DNA of 64,000 nucleotides from Trichoplax adhaerens (Eukaryota > Animalia > Placozoa). The notes beneath the pieces were generated by a model. The model saw nothing but the letters and a program-made list of their open reading frames with translations. It ran no database searches and had not been told where the DNA came from. Positions 39,801 to 51,659 of the stretch are shown in pieces; position 1 is the stretch's first letter; the number at the start of each line of letters is the position of its first letter. The position numbers were made by a program, and so were the translations under genes. The stretch covers positions 5,235 to 69,234 of the forward strand of contig NW_002060977.1 of assembly GCF_000150275.1 (NCBI RefSeq). Direction: 5' to 3'.

Positions 39801-41656
39801 ATATTATCTAGAATATTTCTACTAATCCCAGACTGATTATTAGTTGTTGTAAAAAAACCTGTTCTACTGATTGTAATTAAAGTATAGTTCACACGAATAA
39901 TTTTTTGAACAGCAGATTTTATTACTGGGAAAACTTCCTACAACAGCAGATCTTAGTAAAAAAGGACTAAGAGCAACAATGACAGAAAAGTGTAGCAGCT
40001 TAAATATGTTATCTAACTTGTTTATAACATGATAATTGCGAAAAACATAATTCAACGCTTACAGAACTTAGTATGAGAATAAAATTATATGATTGGTATC
40101 ATATTCTATAAAGCTGAAATTAACATACTTGAATTATCACAAACATTGCTTATATATAATTATTATAGTTAATGACCCAAGGTTTCGGTATTATTCTTAA
40201 TTTAGGTCTAATTCACTTCTGCATAACATGTTGATAACAATAGCTTGTCTAACAGCTTCACTATAGTTGTGTATAATACATATGTCTTGCGTAGAAATGA
40301 AATTTCTGTATGTCAAGAAATATTAGCAATTCAGTGCAAGCAATGGAATTGTCGTACAAATTTAACAGAGAGAAAATTATATTAATCATAGACTATTGTA
40401 ACTTCTGACAAATCAAGATCTTAGCTGATTAATCCATAATGAATCTTTAATGCTGCCTATATCATCGAATTAAATAGACAGAATTATTTTGTATACTATC
40501 TAGATATTCTTCACGGACCTACTTGTGCTGTATGGTACCAGCATCGGTTAAGACTTGCTATCCCTTACGACGATACGATGGTCTATCGACTTGTGATGGT
40601 CTACTATCCCATTTTGTTCTGCAAGCCTATATTTGGCTGATTGGCTGTACCGCCTTTATTGGTAATATTGCTGTCTTTAGTATGCATGTGAAGGAAACAA
40701 AATGCAAAAAAAACGGAGTTCCATCATTTTTAATCGCTAATTTAGCAGTTGCTGACTTTAGCGTGGCTAACTATATGTTAATTATTGCAATTAGCGATCG
40801 ATTTTACAGTAATAATAAATTTGGAGTCAATTCCGAACAATGGCTACGCAGCATGCCATGTTTATTCGCCTGTTTTATATGTTGTGCAGCAAGCCTAATG
40901 TCTGTCTTTATGATGCTGATTATTAGTATTGATCGATTTATTTGCATGGTTTATCCGTTTTCTAAAAGAAAATTAACACTTAAATCTGCATTATTGTTGG
41001 TTATGGGCTTTTGGCTCTTTTCAATTACATTCGTTGGCGTTCCGGTTGTTTATAGCATTGGTGCTGATGGAGATAATCGATTGCATGGTTACAGTAGTAT
41101 ATGTATGTCTAGTAATGTTCTTAATCCATATTTTAAAATGTGGATTACAGCTTATGTATCTATTACTATTATCTGTTGGATTATTACATGTTTCCTGTAC
41201 ACTAAAATGCTAAATTCGATTCGTCAATCAAGTCAACAAGTACGCAAAAGTGAGAATAGTAAAGATAAGCGTATAACTATACGTCTGTTCCTGATATTAA
41301 TCACGGATTTGATCAGTTGGATTCCGTATTATATCATTTTCATGCAGGTTTTACATACATCAGAATCTGTAAACATATTAACACTGCAATTCGTCATCAT
41401 ATTTGCCTTACCAATCAATTCTGCAGTAAACCCCTGCTTATATACGTTATCCAGCCAAACAGTCATTAATTATGCTAACAGTATTAGCAGCTCTATGCGC
41501 AGTGCATATCAAATTGTTCGCAGTAGCTCTATATTGAGTAAAAGTGGGAAAACCAAAAGCCCATCTACGACTAGCATCAGAATGGATCTAAATACATCGG
41601 AAAATCGATCACCATGGAGACATAGTACGGGAAGCAATCTATCGAGTGAAGTGTAG
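15851..41656 (+). CDS. Giant leucine-rich-repeat-containing G protein-coupled receptor (LGR-like, about 44 LRRs, about 1539 aa), 47 exons
   Basis: Hand-spliced with GT-AG sites, open throughout. Signal peptide 15851-15926 (MVFKQCMIIQLFRKLLLIFMLLHCLG). LRRNT 19270-19495 (WCPTSCSC..LTCVGKNW). LRR exons: 19607-19678, 19864-19935, 20073-20141, 20253-20321, 20402-20473, 21199-21270, 21491-21562, 21716-21787, 21935-22006, 22189-22260, 22835-22906, 24093-24164, 24244-24315, 24444-24515, 24841-24912, 25029-25100, 25215-25286, 25376-25447, 25644-25715, 26195-26266, 26642-26713, 26791-26856, 27860-27928, 28231-28296, 28469-28540, 28681-28761, 31479-31547, 31690-31755, 33250-33321, 33457-33528, 33691-33762, 33946-34017, 34104-34175, 34482-34553, 34630-34704, 34949-35020, 35482-35556, 35850-35924, 37310-37381, 37485-37562, 38254-38325, 38439-38513, 39062-39133, 39229-39300. 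Hinge+7TM exon 40504-41656. Confidence 0.88.
16027..16400. repeat. Diverged tandem duplication (about 205 bp period) in intron 1
   Basis: TTCTGCAAACGCTATC..ATAACAAGC..CCTAAAAGA..AATCTAA occurs at about 16027 and about 16233. Confidence 0.7.
18622..19172 (+). mobile_element. Solo LTR, 551 bp (inverted sister copy at 53337-53904)
   Basis: TGTAATG...ATCACA termini, perfect TSD CCTGC, TATAAAA and AATAAA. This element explains the duplicated 62-aa ORF in the track. Confidence 0.88.
20540..21024 (-). mobile_element. Solo LTR of the 12566 family, intronic
   Basis: Reverse complement matches the 3' part of the 12566 element (GGGATACTGAATCCC..ACTATAGTAATTTA..TTTACGTTATC). Flanked by (T)ATTAT on both sides. 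Confidence 0.8.
22310..22726 (+). mobile_element. Solo LTR, 417 bp, intronic
   Basis: TGTAAG...CTCACA termini, perfect TSD ACAGA, TATATAA then AATAAA. Confidence 0.8.
27161..27675 (-). mobile_element. Solo LTR (630-bp family, internally deleted, older copy)
   Basis: Homologous to 30242, 32139 and 59855; TSD gttat/gtaat (4/5). Confidence 0.8.
28944..29366 (-). mobile_element. Solo LTR, 423 bp
   Basis: TGCCACA...GTCACA ends, TSD acgat/actat (4/5), TATA run inside. Confidence 0.6.
29377..31045 (-). mobile_element. LTR-like element hosting a nested solo LTR
   Basis: CGTCACA...CCGTAACA ends with 4-bp ATAT on both sides; contains 30242-30872. Confidence 0.55.
30242..30872 (-). mobile_element. 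Solo LTR, 631 bp (nested)
   Basis: TGTCACA...TGTAACA termini, perfect TSD CTTAC; near-identical to the 32139 and 59855 copies. Confidence 0.88.
31868..33107 (+). mobile_element. Solo LTR (about 610 bp) interrupted by a nested LTR
   Basis: TGTTACGG...TGTAACA termini, perfect TSD GTATA, TATAAAA and AATAAA in the 3' half. Confidence 0.8.
32139..32767 (-). mobile_element. Solo LTR, 630-bp family (nested in 31868-33107)
   Basis: Near-identical to 30242-30872; TSD imperfect (taagt/acagt). Confidence 0.85.
34171..34481 (+). repeat. Intron built from three tandem ~100-bp units
   Basis: GAATT(G/T)TGA(G/A)TATGATA...AAGCT(A/T)AGAATA repeated at about 34171, 34276 and 34375. Confidence 0.75.
40504..41656 (+). 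CDS. Terminal exon of the giant LGR: short Cys hinge plus rhodopsin-class 7TM domain
   Basis: The 377-aa ORF has seven hydrophobic segments, GN (TM1), NLAVADF (TM2), SIDRF, TDLISWIP (TM6) and NPCLY (TM7). The track's start is an internal TTG just after the AG acceptor. Confidence 0.93.
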
Positions 41657-43399
41657 TTTAAAAAAGATCAGTTACTACCAATATTGGCTTTATTATCTAC
41701 CAATGATTATAATTAGTATATTAGTTCATTGTGTTTGAGTAGAAATAATCAGGCCAATCGAGCATTTAGAATTAATTGCCGTTATATTAGTACTTTAGGC
41801 TAAGGCAATAATCGTCGCTGGAGATCGAAAATTTATCGCAAACACTAGTATGCATCAACTCATCTAATCATTTTTCAGTATTTTACAAGTATAATTTAAC
41901 ACCTTTAACCTCTGTGATCTTAAGCCACACACATACATATATATATTTTATGATTTAAAATTAGAAAATTAGGGCTACGTAGAAATGTAGCTAATTTCGA
42001 TAGCTCAACACTATAAATTTTCAGCCATCATGTGTTATTAGCTTAAATACTGTAATCCATTCGAACAGTTCAATACGCGTACCGAAGGCTACACACAGTT
42101 TAATCACTGGTCTAAAAACTTAACTTCCTTATTAATTATATACTCTTACGTACTGCAAATTACAGTAATTTATTGCTGATACAGTTATAACTTTGAGATA
42201 AAGTAGTTTTAGCTATCTTTGATAGTATCAAAATTGGCTTTTAAGTATTACATATAGAATTGTTGTATTTACGACAGTGCTATATAGTATTAGTAGATGC
42301 TTAGTTTCGCATTACTCAAAAATAATTAATGCTTGCACTATTCTTATGATGATATTTTAATTGCTGTGGATTAAATGGAAGTTAATAATTTGCGACTGCT
42401 TTTATTTCTTTTACGACTTCTTTAAAAGGCATATATTCTGAGTTGATTTAAATATAAATTGCTATCAATAGTGTATTACTTACACAATAACTTCATATGC
42501 ATTTCCGAATTAAGTTAGTTAGACGGCGTAACTTCCATATATGCGTAAGAATTTAATCAGTACGTTATTAATTGGAGTGCATTCTGTATTTTAGAATTTA
42601 TTTAATAGAATTGAATTTCTGCTTTAATTTCTGCTGTTATGTTATGAATATTCTTCCGTAATAGTTTAATCGTAATTCATGTATTTCATCATAAATTTAA
42701 TGCAAAATTAAATTTCTTTACTTAACGTAATTTGTTTTGGCTATGACCAGGAATCTAATAAAGGCATTGAAGTAGGTGAATATAGAATAATGTAATAAGT
42801 GAATTTGAATTTTTTAAGGCCTATTGTATATTACCAGCCTCAATTTGTGGAAACTAGCAACTCGGGTTGAGAAAGTAATTTCCACTCTTTTATTGCTACT
42901 ACCAACTATTCGAAAATAGTATATACCGTAATACGATTAAAGGATCTTCTGTACTGCAAATATCTTCTGCAGTCAGATTCCTAATCGATAGTTCTAGATA
43001 AAAGTTAATGGCTTCCATAATCTTGGCTGTCTAGGTAATATATTCGAATAAATGGTTAGCGTCCTGAAGCTGTTCGTTTTACTGACCTTTTGTTAAATTG
43101 GGTGTTAGCAATTGGTTATTGGAACTAAGCTCATCCAATTAACCTACTGAAACTGTCCCTTGTCTTCTGTACCAAAGGATAACCTCAATACCTATTGAAT
43201 ATGTCTCGAATTTGTAAGTTCTGCTTCGCAGATTTACTGCATATTTTAACTGATCAAACATCAATTTGCAATAGAGAAAGAATTTACCTCATCATCAATG
43301 ATATGAAGGTTTCGGCTACTTTCGAGCTATGTCATCACTTAGCTACGATACTTCGCACTCACTAACACTTCGTTTAATAAGCTACGGACATGACAAGTT

Positions 43400-45670
43400 T
43401 AAATTATCTTCACGTATCCATTAATTTTCAAAAACATCATTAATCATTTATTCAAGTCTCCTATCTCAACCCATAATTTGCAACACTAATAAAAGGGTTT
43501 TCACTAGTAACCTAAGAGCTGTAATTAAAACGTTCTTGATTATATTTTAAAACGAAAAAGATATAATACTTTTTGATCAAGCAGCCATAACAAGACTAAT
43601 AACAATTACGAAATACGGAATGAATATAAAGCCATGGCTGTAGACTATTTACAATTGATTAGAAGTTAATAGGCAGTTTATTATCTAATTTGGATATTAC
43701 GAAGTAACTTTTGCTCAGCTGTCGTAACGTTGGTTTAATATAATAATTTATCTAGGAAAGAATTTACATACCGTTATCTATGACGCTGTACATAATTTTA
43801 ATAGATAACTACATACTTGAATAATATTATCTATAAACTGATAATGATAAATCTTCATGTAGATATAAATTGACTGACTTTTTCAATAAAGTTTGAGTGC
43901 AGTTTTGGCAAGAGAGACTAGTATCGTTTTACTGTTTCTCCTGATGATGGCAGATCGTCAGTAGATAGAGTCTTACTGTAGGTTAATGTAAGGGAAGACG
44001 AATCTAGCAGAAGACTTAGAGCTACTTATCATAGCTTTTAACTATGCCGATTTACAAATTTCGATTTGTAAACTGGAATATTAAATAAATTAGATAAGTA
44101 ATTGTTACGGTATGTACTATCGGGAAGAGTTAAATGACTAAGTTTAGCGAATCAGCATTCAGTCGTAACTGTAATTATGATTAATACTAGAATATAGATG
44201 TATTACGATGACTTTGTGAATCGACATACTGTGGTCCGATTACGTAAAATCAGTCAGTAAATGTCCATATCGATAATAATTGTTGTGTAATGATTCATTA
44301 ATGCTAGCTACTGCTAAAAGCTATTAAGGCTTGGCAGATCATTGAATAAAGTTAGTTCTCTAGTTTTGTAGTGTAGAAGCAGAGGCGTCTAAGTTCTTTT
44401 AAGTAACTAAGGGATACTGAATCCAGGGAACTTTAGAAATTTCGAGATTTTTTTACGTAAACCTTGTCGCAAAACTGGTTTGTGATGGTAACCTGCTTCG
44501 TTAATTGATGAAGCAAAAACAATCGTGATGACTACTTTGCCATATTATTAAGAGTTCAGTTAAAACACTGATTCTCCAAAGTAAAAACTTCCAACTTTTA
44601 TAAATCTTAAGTCTCATTACTGTTAATTTCGACATATGTCAGGTTGGTTTCAGAAGCATTTTAAGAGTAATATTCGCACTTGAGTCATGAAGGTATGAAA
44701 CAGTTAAGACGACTGGCTAAATTCTATTAAAGATTTTCGATTACATAACAAAACTTTAAAGTATAAGAGAGCATACTTCGTTTCAATAGTCGAATATTAG
44801 AATATTATTATAGACCAATACATGTGTTTACAGTTATATGAGGATATAATTAGCATTGTTAACCTAAAGACATTAAGTTAGTATGTATTGCTATGATAAA
44901 TGTAACTACATATTAGATACTACAGGCATTAATAATTCTTGATTTAGAGAAGAAGTAAGGCGAAATTATAATTCTTCACGAGCATATATTTACGTATTTA
45001 TCAATTTCATGCAGCATAAATTAAGGCTTGTATAATCGATAATAACTTATTATATGCAGATTGTATTCTATGCTATAAGAACTCTTTAAGAAGTAAAGCC
45101 AGTTCTACGATTTTTGAGTCCAAATAATTTTTGTGATACCAGATAGCGACTTCTGCGTAATAATCACTCAGTATGACTCAAGAATATGTTGAAGCCTTGT
45201 CAGGGCAAATTGATGAGAAATTACTAAAAATTCAATCAAAATCTGTAAAATGAATCAATTCCGCGTAGGTGTTTATAATTTGAAGAATACGGTAAGGAAG
45301 GAATTTATTATTTATAAGGTTATGGTGCAATAAATAATGATATAATAAGAAATTCTTTAAGACTTATTTGCAAACAAAACATGACTGCATCAAGCTACTA
45401 TTAAACTTTAGGTAAGTGATTACTTGGACGTGATTTTCGATTCAAGTATCATTTTATAATATTCAATATTATAAGCAAAAATATCTAATTGCAACTTTAA
45501 AGAATTAAATTATTGAGAACTTGCTTATTATCAATGACCTCCAATTAAATATGCTGTTCAATAAGGTAAACGAGTGATCGAAAAAATTAAGTTTTAGTCG
45601 GTCCCTCGAGAGCTCAAATTTTTTTCCTTTGCGTCATCTATTAGATTTCAGTTTAAATACGGTATTACAG
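43400..45670 (+). repeat. Paralogous upstream/promoter region (matches about 54940-56560; part also matches about 8440-8625)
   Basis: Colinear diverged blocks: 43400-43690 vs 54940-55232, 44540-45670 vs 55390-56560, and 43700-43880 vs 8440-8625. Confidence 0.75.
44103..44487 (+). mobile_element. Solo LTR of the 12566 family
   Basis: TGTTACGG...TGTGATG ends, TSD gtaat/gtaac, and the 3' region shared with 12566. Confidence 0.75.
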
Positions 45671-45733
45671 GGGCAGTTTGCAAAATGACCGACTTTGCAT
45701 ACGGTCACGTTCATATATACTAGCAGATTATAT

Positions 45734-45783
45734 NNNNNNNNNNNNNNNNNNNNNNNNNNNNNNNNNNNNNNNNNNNNNNNNNN
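45734..45783. other. Assembly gap (50 N)
   Basis: Run of n. Confidence 0.99.
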
Positions 45784-46026
45784 AACAATAACAAAAATAA
45801 CTTCGATACCTCATTACACATGATTACGACTAAGAGATAGCATGAGATTATTCTATTAAATCGTAGTAATCATTATTACATATTACCGATACTGTCAAAC
45901 AATCCATTTAACATAACATGGTCATATATCGACAATAATTAGTAAACAACATCAAGTTATCATCAGTTCTACCATATTAGCTAAGATTACGTAAATCTAT
46001 TCAAATGGTGAGATAACACCGTAACA
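45784..46026 (-). mobile_element. 5' end of an LTR-like element, cut by the gap
   Basis: Ends CCGTAACA exactly where homology to 48506 begins; the element is absent from the other copy. Confidence 0.55.
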
Positions 46027-46618
46027 GGAAAATAGCCGTTTCGCATTGATGATTAGCTTATAGTATGGTATCATACTATAATAAGAAAAATAAACTTAAT
46101 AAAAAATCAATGGATTATTTCATAAAGATAGTAGTCCACAATCTAAAGAGCTAAATAGTACTTACATCAAAAGTTCGTAGCAACACTTATCCTAGCGAGC
46201 TGGTTGATGTCAATCAAAGTAAAATAATTTTTATTAGCAAATAATCTGATTTCAAAGTTAGAGTTTAAAAACTGATCTGTTAACGAATTATTCAAATTCG
46301 GCTGTATGTATTTAATCAATGAAGGAGTTACATTCTATCAGTAGCTACTCTACAAATTCTCACCCACATTGTACACCCTTACTTTAGCACCAGCCCTATT
46401 TTACACAAATCCTTTTGCTCAACAAAATCTTCATATACCAAAAGGGATTTACAGTAAAGAGAAATTTATTGTTAACTAGTCCCTGATGCTAAGTCTCTCA
46501 CAGATTTACTTATTGACTTTATCATAAGTAACGAATCAAGATATTAAAGTATAGATAGCTTTGAATCTAATATTAGCATTAAATCTAGCTAATGACGTAA
46601 TATATTACTACTTTACAG

Positions 46619-47003
46619 ACGCTCAACACGTTTATACTTGTGTTGTATGGTACCAGCATCTATCCAGACTTGTTATCCATTGCGGAAATACGATGGCCTA
46701 TCGACATGTGATGGATTATTATCTCATGTAACACTGCAAATGTATATTTAGTTAGTTGGTTGTATCGCTTTTATTGGTAACATTGCCGTCTTTCTTTTAC
46801 ATATTAAAAATATAAAAACAAAGAAGAATCCTGTCCCATCGTTTCTAATCGCAAATTTAGCTATTTCTGACTTTATTGTTGCTAACTATTTGTTAATTAT
46901 TGCTATTGGTGATCGTTTCTATAGTCATTAAAATTTCGCTGTCGAATCTGAACACTGGCTACGTAGTATACCATGTTTACTTGCTTGTTTTATATGGTGT
47001 GCA
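46619..47003 (+). pseudogene. Disrupted near-duplicate of the copy-3 hinge/TM1-3 exon
   Basis: 46027-47003 is nearly identical to 48506-49478 but has TGG>TAG (46749-46751) and TAT>TAA (46929-46931); truncated by the gap. Confidence 0.85.
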
Positions 47004-47053
47004 NNNNNNNNNNNNNNNNNNNNNNNNNNNNNNNNNNNNNNNNNNNNNNNNNN
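47004..47053. other. Assembly gap (50 N)
   Basis: Run of n. Confidence 0.99.
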
Positions 47054-47115
47054 TTTACGATTTAAAATAGTATGAAGATTTATTACACTTAATGTTCATT
47101 TTAATAATTTACAAG

Positions 47116-50114
47116 AAATTTAACCGGAAATAATCTACGAAGCTTTGATTTTGGATCTATGTTTCTTAGAAACGATAGGGGATTGCAGCATCTGTATGTA
47201 CTAGGATATGATTAAATTTATTAGAATTACATTTGTACAGCATTGAGTAAAAATTAGAAATTGAAATCTGCAGCTATACTTATCTTAGCATAAAGGATAC
47301 GGCAGCTATCAATAAGAAGTTAGAATCTTAAATAAATATTTCAATATTCGTGTGTACTAATTTACCCTCGCCTACATAGATATCTGAGAAGCAACAGCCT
47401 AAATTCATTAACAAATGTCCGCAAAATTACATTATCAAGTTTGAAATCAATGTAATTATTGCAAAGAAATATTGCTTTTAACGTATAATTGGAATTTGAA
47501 CTGAAATTACTGTACTTACCCATAGATCATTCTTTTTTTAATAAATTATATTAGAAACGTATCCAAAAATAATTTAACTAACATATGTAACATTCCATGG
47601 GCAACTTTTACTGATAACCTAATGACCATGTAAGTCATAATTGGTAGTAGTTTTATTTATTAATTTTTATCTCTGGTACTGTCGAAATGTAATAGTAATA
47701 GCAATTATCATAAGTTCGCTGAGATTAATTGAAAGGAGTGTTGTACATATCCTTATGCCTATTCTATTGTAGTAAAGTTACGATCACGTTTACTACATCG
47801 TAAATTTCTACTCAAAAGGCATTAAACTGATGATAAATCATCGCATAAGTGAGTAAAAAGTTAATATAATTCGCGCTAAACGTGTAATTTACATTCATGA
47901 TTAAGAATAATCTATATCTAATGAAGTGGAATGATATTTTATTCGTAATCATGATAATAACTAATTCTGTCATTTACATTATTTACTAAATAATATATCG
48001 AATCGATATCTTGATGATATTATATTTAAAGGGACTTTAGTTGGAACAATATTAAGATTTTAAAAACTACCTGTTTCAAGGGTTTAAAGAAGCTTACTTA
48101 CTTGTAAGTAACATACTCTAAAGTAACAAAAGCATCGTAATATTTCATCAAAATTAATTATTATTATAACAAGTATCGTACTAGTGTTGATAATGTTCTT
48201 TATAAATAATACTATCTGATACCTTATAACAATATATAAACTTTTTTTTAAATTGTAAATTCTTTATCTTATCTGGTAAATCTATTTGTAGATTCATGGA
48301 AGGAAATTCACTAGTTGAGGTTCAAACGGAATCATTCTTTTATACACCTAAAATTGAACATATGTAAGTGCCAATATGATTTATAAGAGTTTATATTTTT
48401 TGATATTATACACAAAATAAGATTTTTGTTTCACTGTGTAAATGCTCTTGCCGTAATCTGTTTCTACCTTATTGGATTATCTATGGCAATGAATATATAT
48501 CTTATGGAAAATAGCCGTTTCGCATTGATGATTAGCTTATAGTATGGTATCATACTATAATAAGGAAAATAAACTTAATAAAAATTCAATGGATTATTAA
48601 GATAGTAATCCACAATCTAAAGAGCTAAATAGTACTTACATCAAACTTTCGTAGCAACACTTATCCTAGCGAGCTGGTTGATGTCAATCAAAGTAAAATA
48701 ATTTTCATTAGCAAATAATCTGATTTCAAAGTTAAAGTTTAAAAACTGATCTGTTAACGAATTATTTAAATTCGGCTGTATGTATTTAATCAATGAAGGA
48801 GTTACATTCTATCAGTAGCTACTCTACAAAATCTCACCCACATTGTATACCCTTACTTTAGCACCAGCCCTATTTTACACAAATCCTTTTGGCTTAACAA
48901 AATCTTCATATACCAAAAGGGATTTACAGTAAAGAGAAATTTATTGTTAACTAGTCCCTGATACTGTGTCTCTCACAGATTTACTTATTTGCTTTATTAT
49001 AAGTAACGAATCAAGATATTAAAGTATAGATAATTTTGAATCTAATATTAGCATTAAATCTAACTAATTACGAAATATACTACTACTTTACAGACGCTCA
49101 ACACGTTTATACTTGTGTTGTATGGTACCAGCATCTATCCAGACTTGTTATCCATTGCGGAAATACGATGGCCTATCGACATGTGATGGATTATTATCTC
49201 ATGTAACACTGCAAATGTATATTTGGTTAGTTGGTTGTATCGCTTTTATTGGTAACATTGCCGTCTTTACTTTACATATTAAAAGTATAAAAACAAAGAA
49301 GAATCCTGTTCCAATATTTCTAATCGCAAATTTAGCTATTTCTGACTTTATTGTTGCTAACTATTTGTTAATTATTGCTATTGGTGATCGTTTCTATAGT
49401 CATTATAATTTCGCTGTCGAATCTGAACACTGGCTACGTAGTATACCATGTTTACTTGCTTGTTTTATATGTTGTGCAGCAAGCCTGATGTCGGTCTTTA
49501 TGATGCTAATTATTAGTATCGATCGATATGTTTGCATCGTTTATCCTTTCTCTGAACGAAAATTAACAGTTAAATCGGCGTTCTTATTGGTTGCATGTTG
49601 TTGGCTATTTTCAATTATCTTTGTTGGTATTCCAGTTATGTATAGCGTTGGCGCTGATGGAGATAATCGATTACATGGATACAGTAGTATATGTATGGCT
49701 AGTAATGTTTCTAATCCATACTTTAAATGGTGGATTACAGCATTTACACTTATTACAATTATCTGTTGGATTATTACATGTATTCTATACGGTAAAATGC
49801 TAAGTTCTATTCGTCAATCAAGTCGTAATGTACGCAAAAGTAAAAGTATCAGTAAAGATAAGCGTATAGCCATACGTCTATTCTTAATATTAGTCACCGA
49901 TTTAATCAGTTGGATTCCTTATTACATTGTATTTATGCATGTTTTATCTACATCGCATTCGGTTGATATGATAGCTTTGCAATTTACCATTATATTTGCT
50001 TTACCAATCAATTCTGCGGTGAATCCATGCTTGTATGTTATACACTTTCGAGTCAATCCCTTATCAATAAGATTAATAGAATTGGTGGTGCTTTTCGAGG
50101 GGCATAGTAGTTGA
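47116..50114 (+). CDS. LGR-like receptor copy 3 (5' part missing at the gap; C-tail frameshifted, possibly a pseudogene)
   Basis: LRR exons 47116-47193, 47380-47451, 47555-47629, 48032-48103 and 48292-48363 (sizes 78/72/75/72/72, the same as the last five of copy 2). Hinge+7TM exon 49094-50114 is highly similar to copy 2; 5-bp insertion after NPCLY. Confidence 0.8.
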
Positions 50115-51659
50115 TACGAAACAGTATGCAATCCTCTGAAGATCTAAGCGATTTATCGGCTAACAATAGTAAAATGGAACTCCATACGAAAATAAAGGAT
50201 ATATTCCGTAGATACTCGTATAACACAAGGACTAACATTAATATCGGAAGAAATATGTCGTCAAAAGTATAGAATAGCTTATTGAATTTAATGCTTTCGT
50301 TAATATATTACCTAGTTGCTTGATCTTTACGAAGCTAAGAACATACTTAAGGCTACGTTCAGGCTATGACATTGCCTGTTACGATTTTTCTTTGAACTTA
50401 TTCCTATGATCATTATTAATAATACGATAAGTATAGTAGTGCAAGTTGTCGATGTAAAATTATAAAGTAATTTATCGTACTGATTTCACGAAGTCTCCAG
50501 CCGTTTAAGTTTAAATTCGTAATACTTATATAAGGATGTCAAGTTGCAAATATATCATGAGTCGTGGTATAGATCAAGTATTTGTGTTGTAGTAGACTTC
50601 TGCCTATGTAGGTTAGGTTGACCAAACTTTTATTATTGACTTGGAATTACGAATGTTGTTCGTTAGTAACTAGTTTTAAAGTTCTCATGAGTAAATAGCG
50701 TTGGTCGTATTAGTCGGAATAAAGTAGAAGTATCTCGTCATGGTGAAGTTTGCCTGTGTGACTGCAGTCTAAAGGGGTAGGTTCTAGGCCGAAACTAAAA
50801 TACGCGTAGTAGTTGGTAAAAGCAACTTAGAAGAGTACAATACTTCTCTTCATCCTTTGTCAGGAGAGTAGTCCGTGGCAATGGAATATATTTTTGTTCC
50901 TAGGTTATACATAGTACAATTTCTTGTAATCAAAAGATACGCTTACTTCTCAAGCAACTCGTCCATACAAGTAATAGACTTTGTAATTTCGTTGAAATTC
51001 ATTTCTTTACGATAATATCTTGCCTAATAATCATAAGCAAGATAGTTTAAATTCAGAGTATTTATGTATGAAATGTAAGTTTTTTCCCTTAGTTGTACAA
51101 TCCATTACAATCCGATAGAATATGCTTACTCCCAAGACAAGATGTATATTCAATTGATAGATATTATATCTACCCTGGTATCCAGTTCCCTAACATTTTG
51201 CCTAATAATCATCAATAAGATAGTTTGAATTCGGAGTATTCGTATATGGAATGTAACTTTGTTCCTTATTTGTGCTATTTATAACAATAAGACAAGATAT
51301 CGCCTGGCCATACATATCAACACAAATTGCGATATGCTAGAAGCAAGTAGACAAACAATTGCTTCAATAGTAATGGTCTAGTAAGATAGCTGTACTATGC
51401 AATCAATCAGGATGAGAGCATTTCTACTTATTCACTCTCACTTTAACTGTAATCAAGGCAAAGTTCTTTCTATTTATGTGCATGCTATTAATTCGATCAA
51501 TGTTATCATTTTGACTACAGCTTCATCATTTGTGAGCTTCTAACTAGTTTTAGGCTTATGTGAGTAGTTCAGTATATTTTTGCATGAGTTCTTATATACA
51601 AGTGCTACTTCTGAAAAGTAGACTAATAAAGAATTGATCATTCTAATTGCAAGTAATCT

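Noticed and set aside
40523-41656. Assigning a gene symbol (RXFP1/2, GRL101, LGR4/5, FSHR)
   Set aside because: Family-level motifs only; the lineage-specific expansion and missing LDLa module preclude orthology without a phylogeny.
51020-51280. Two ~60-bp repeats ending in GTAAGT/GTAACT as possible LRR exons
   Set aside because: No LxxLxLxxN pattern or proper acceptor; treated as a simple local duplication.
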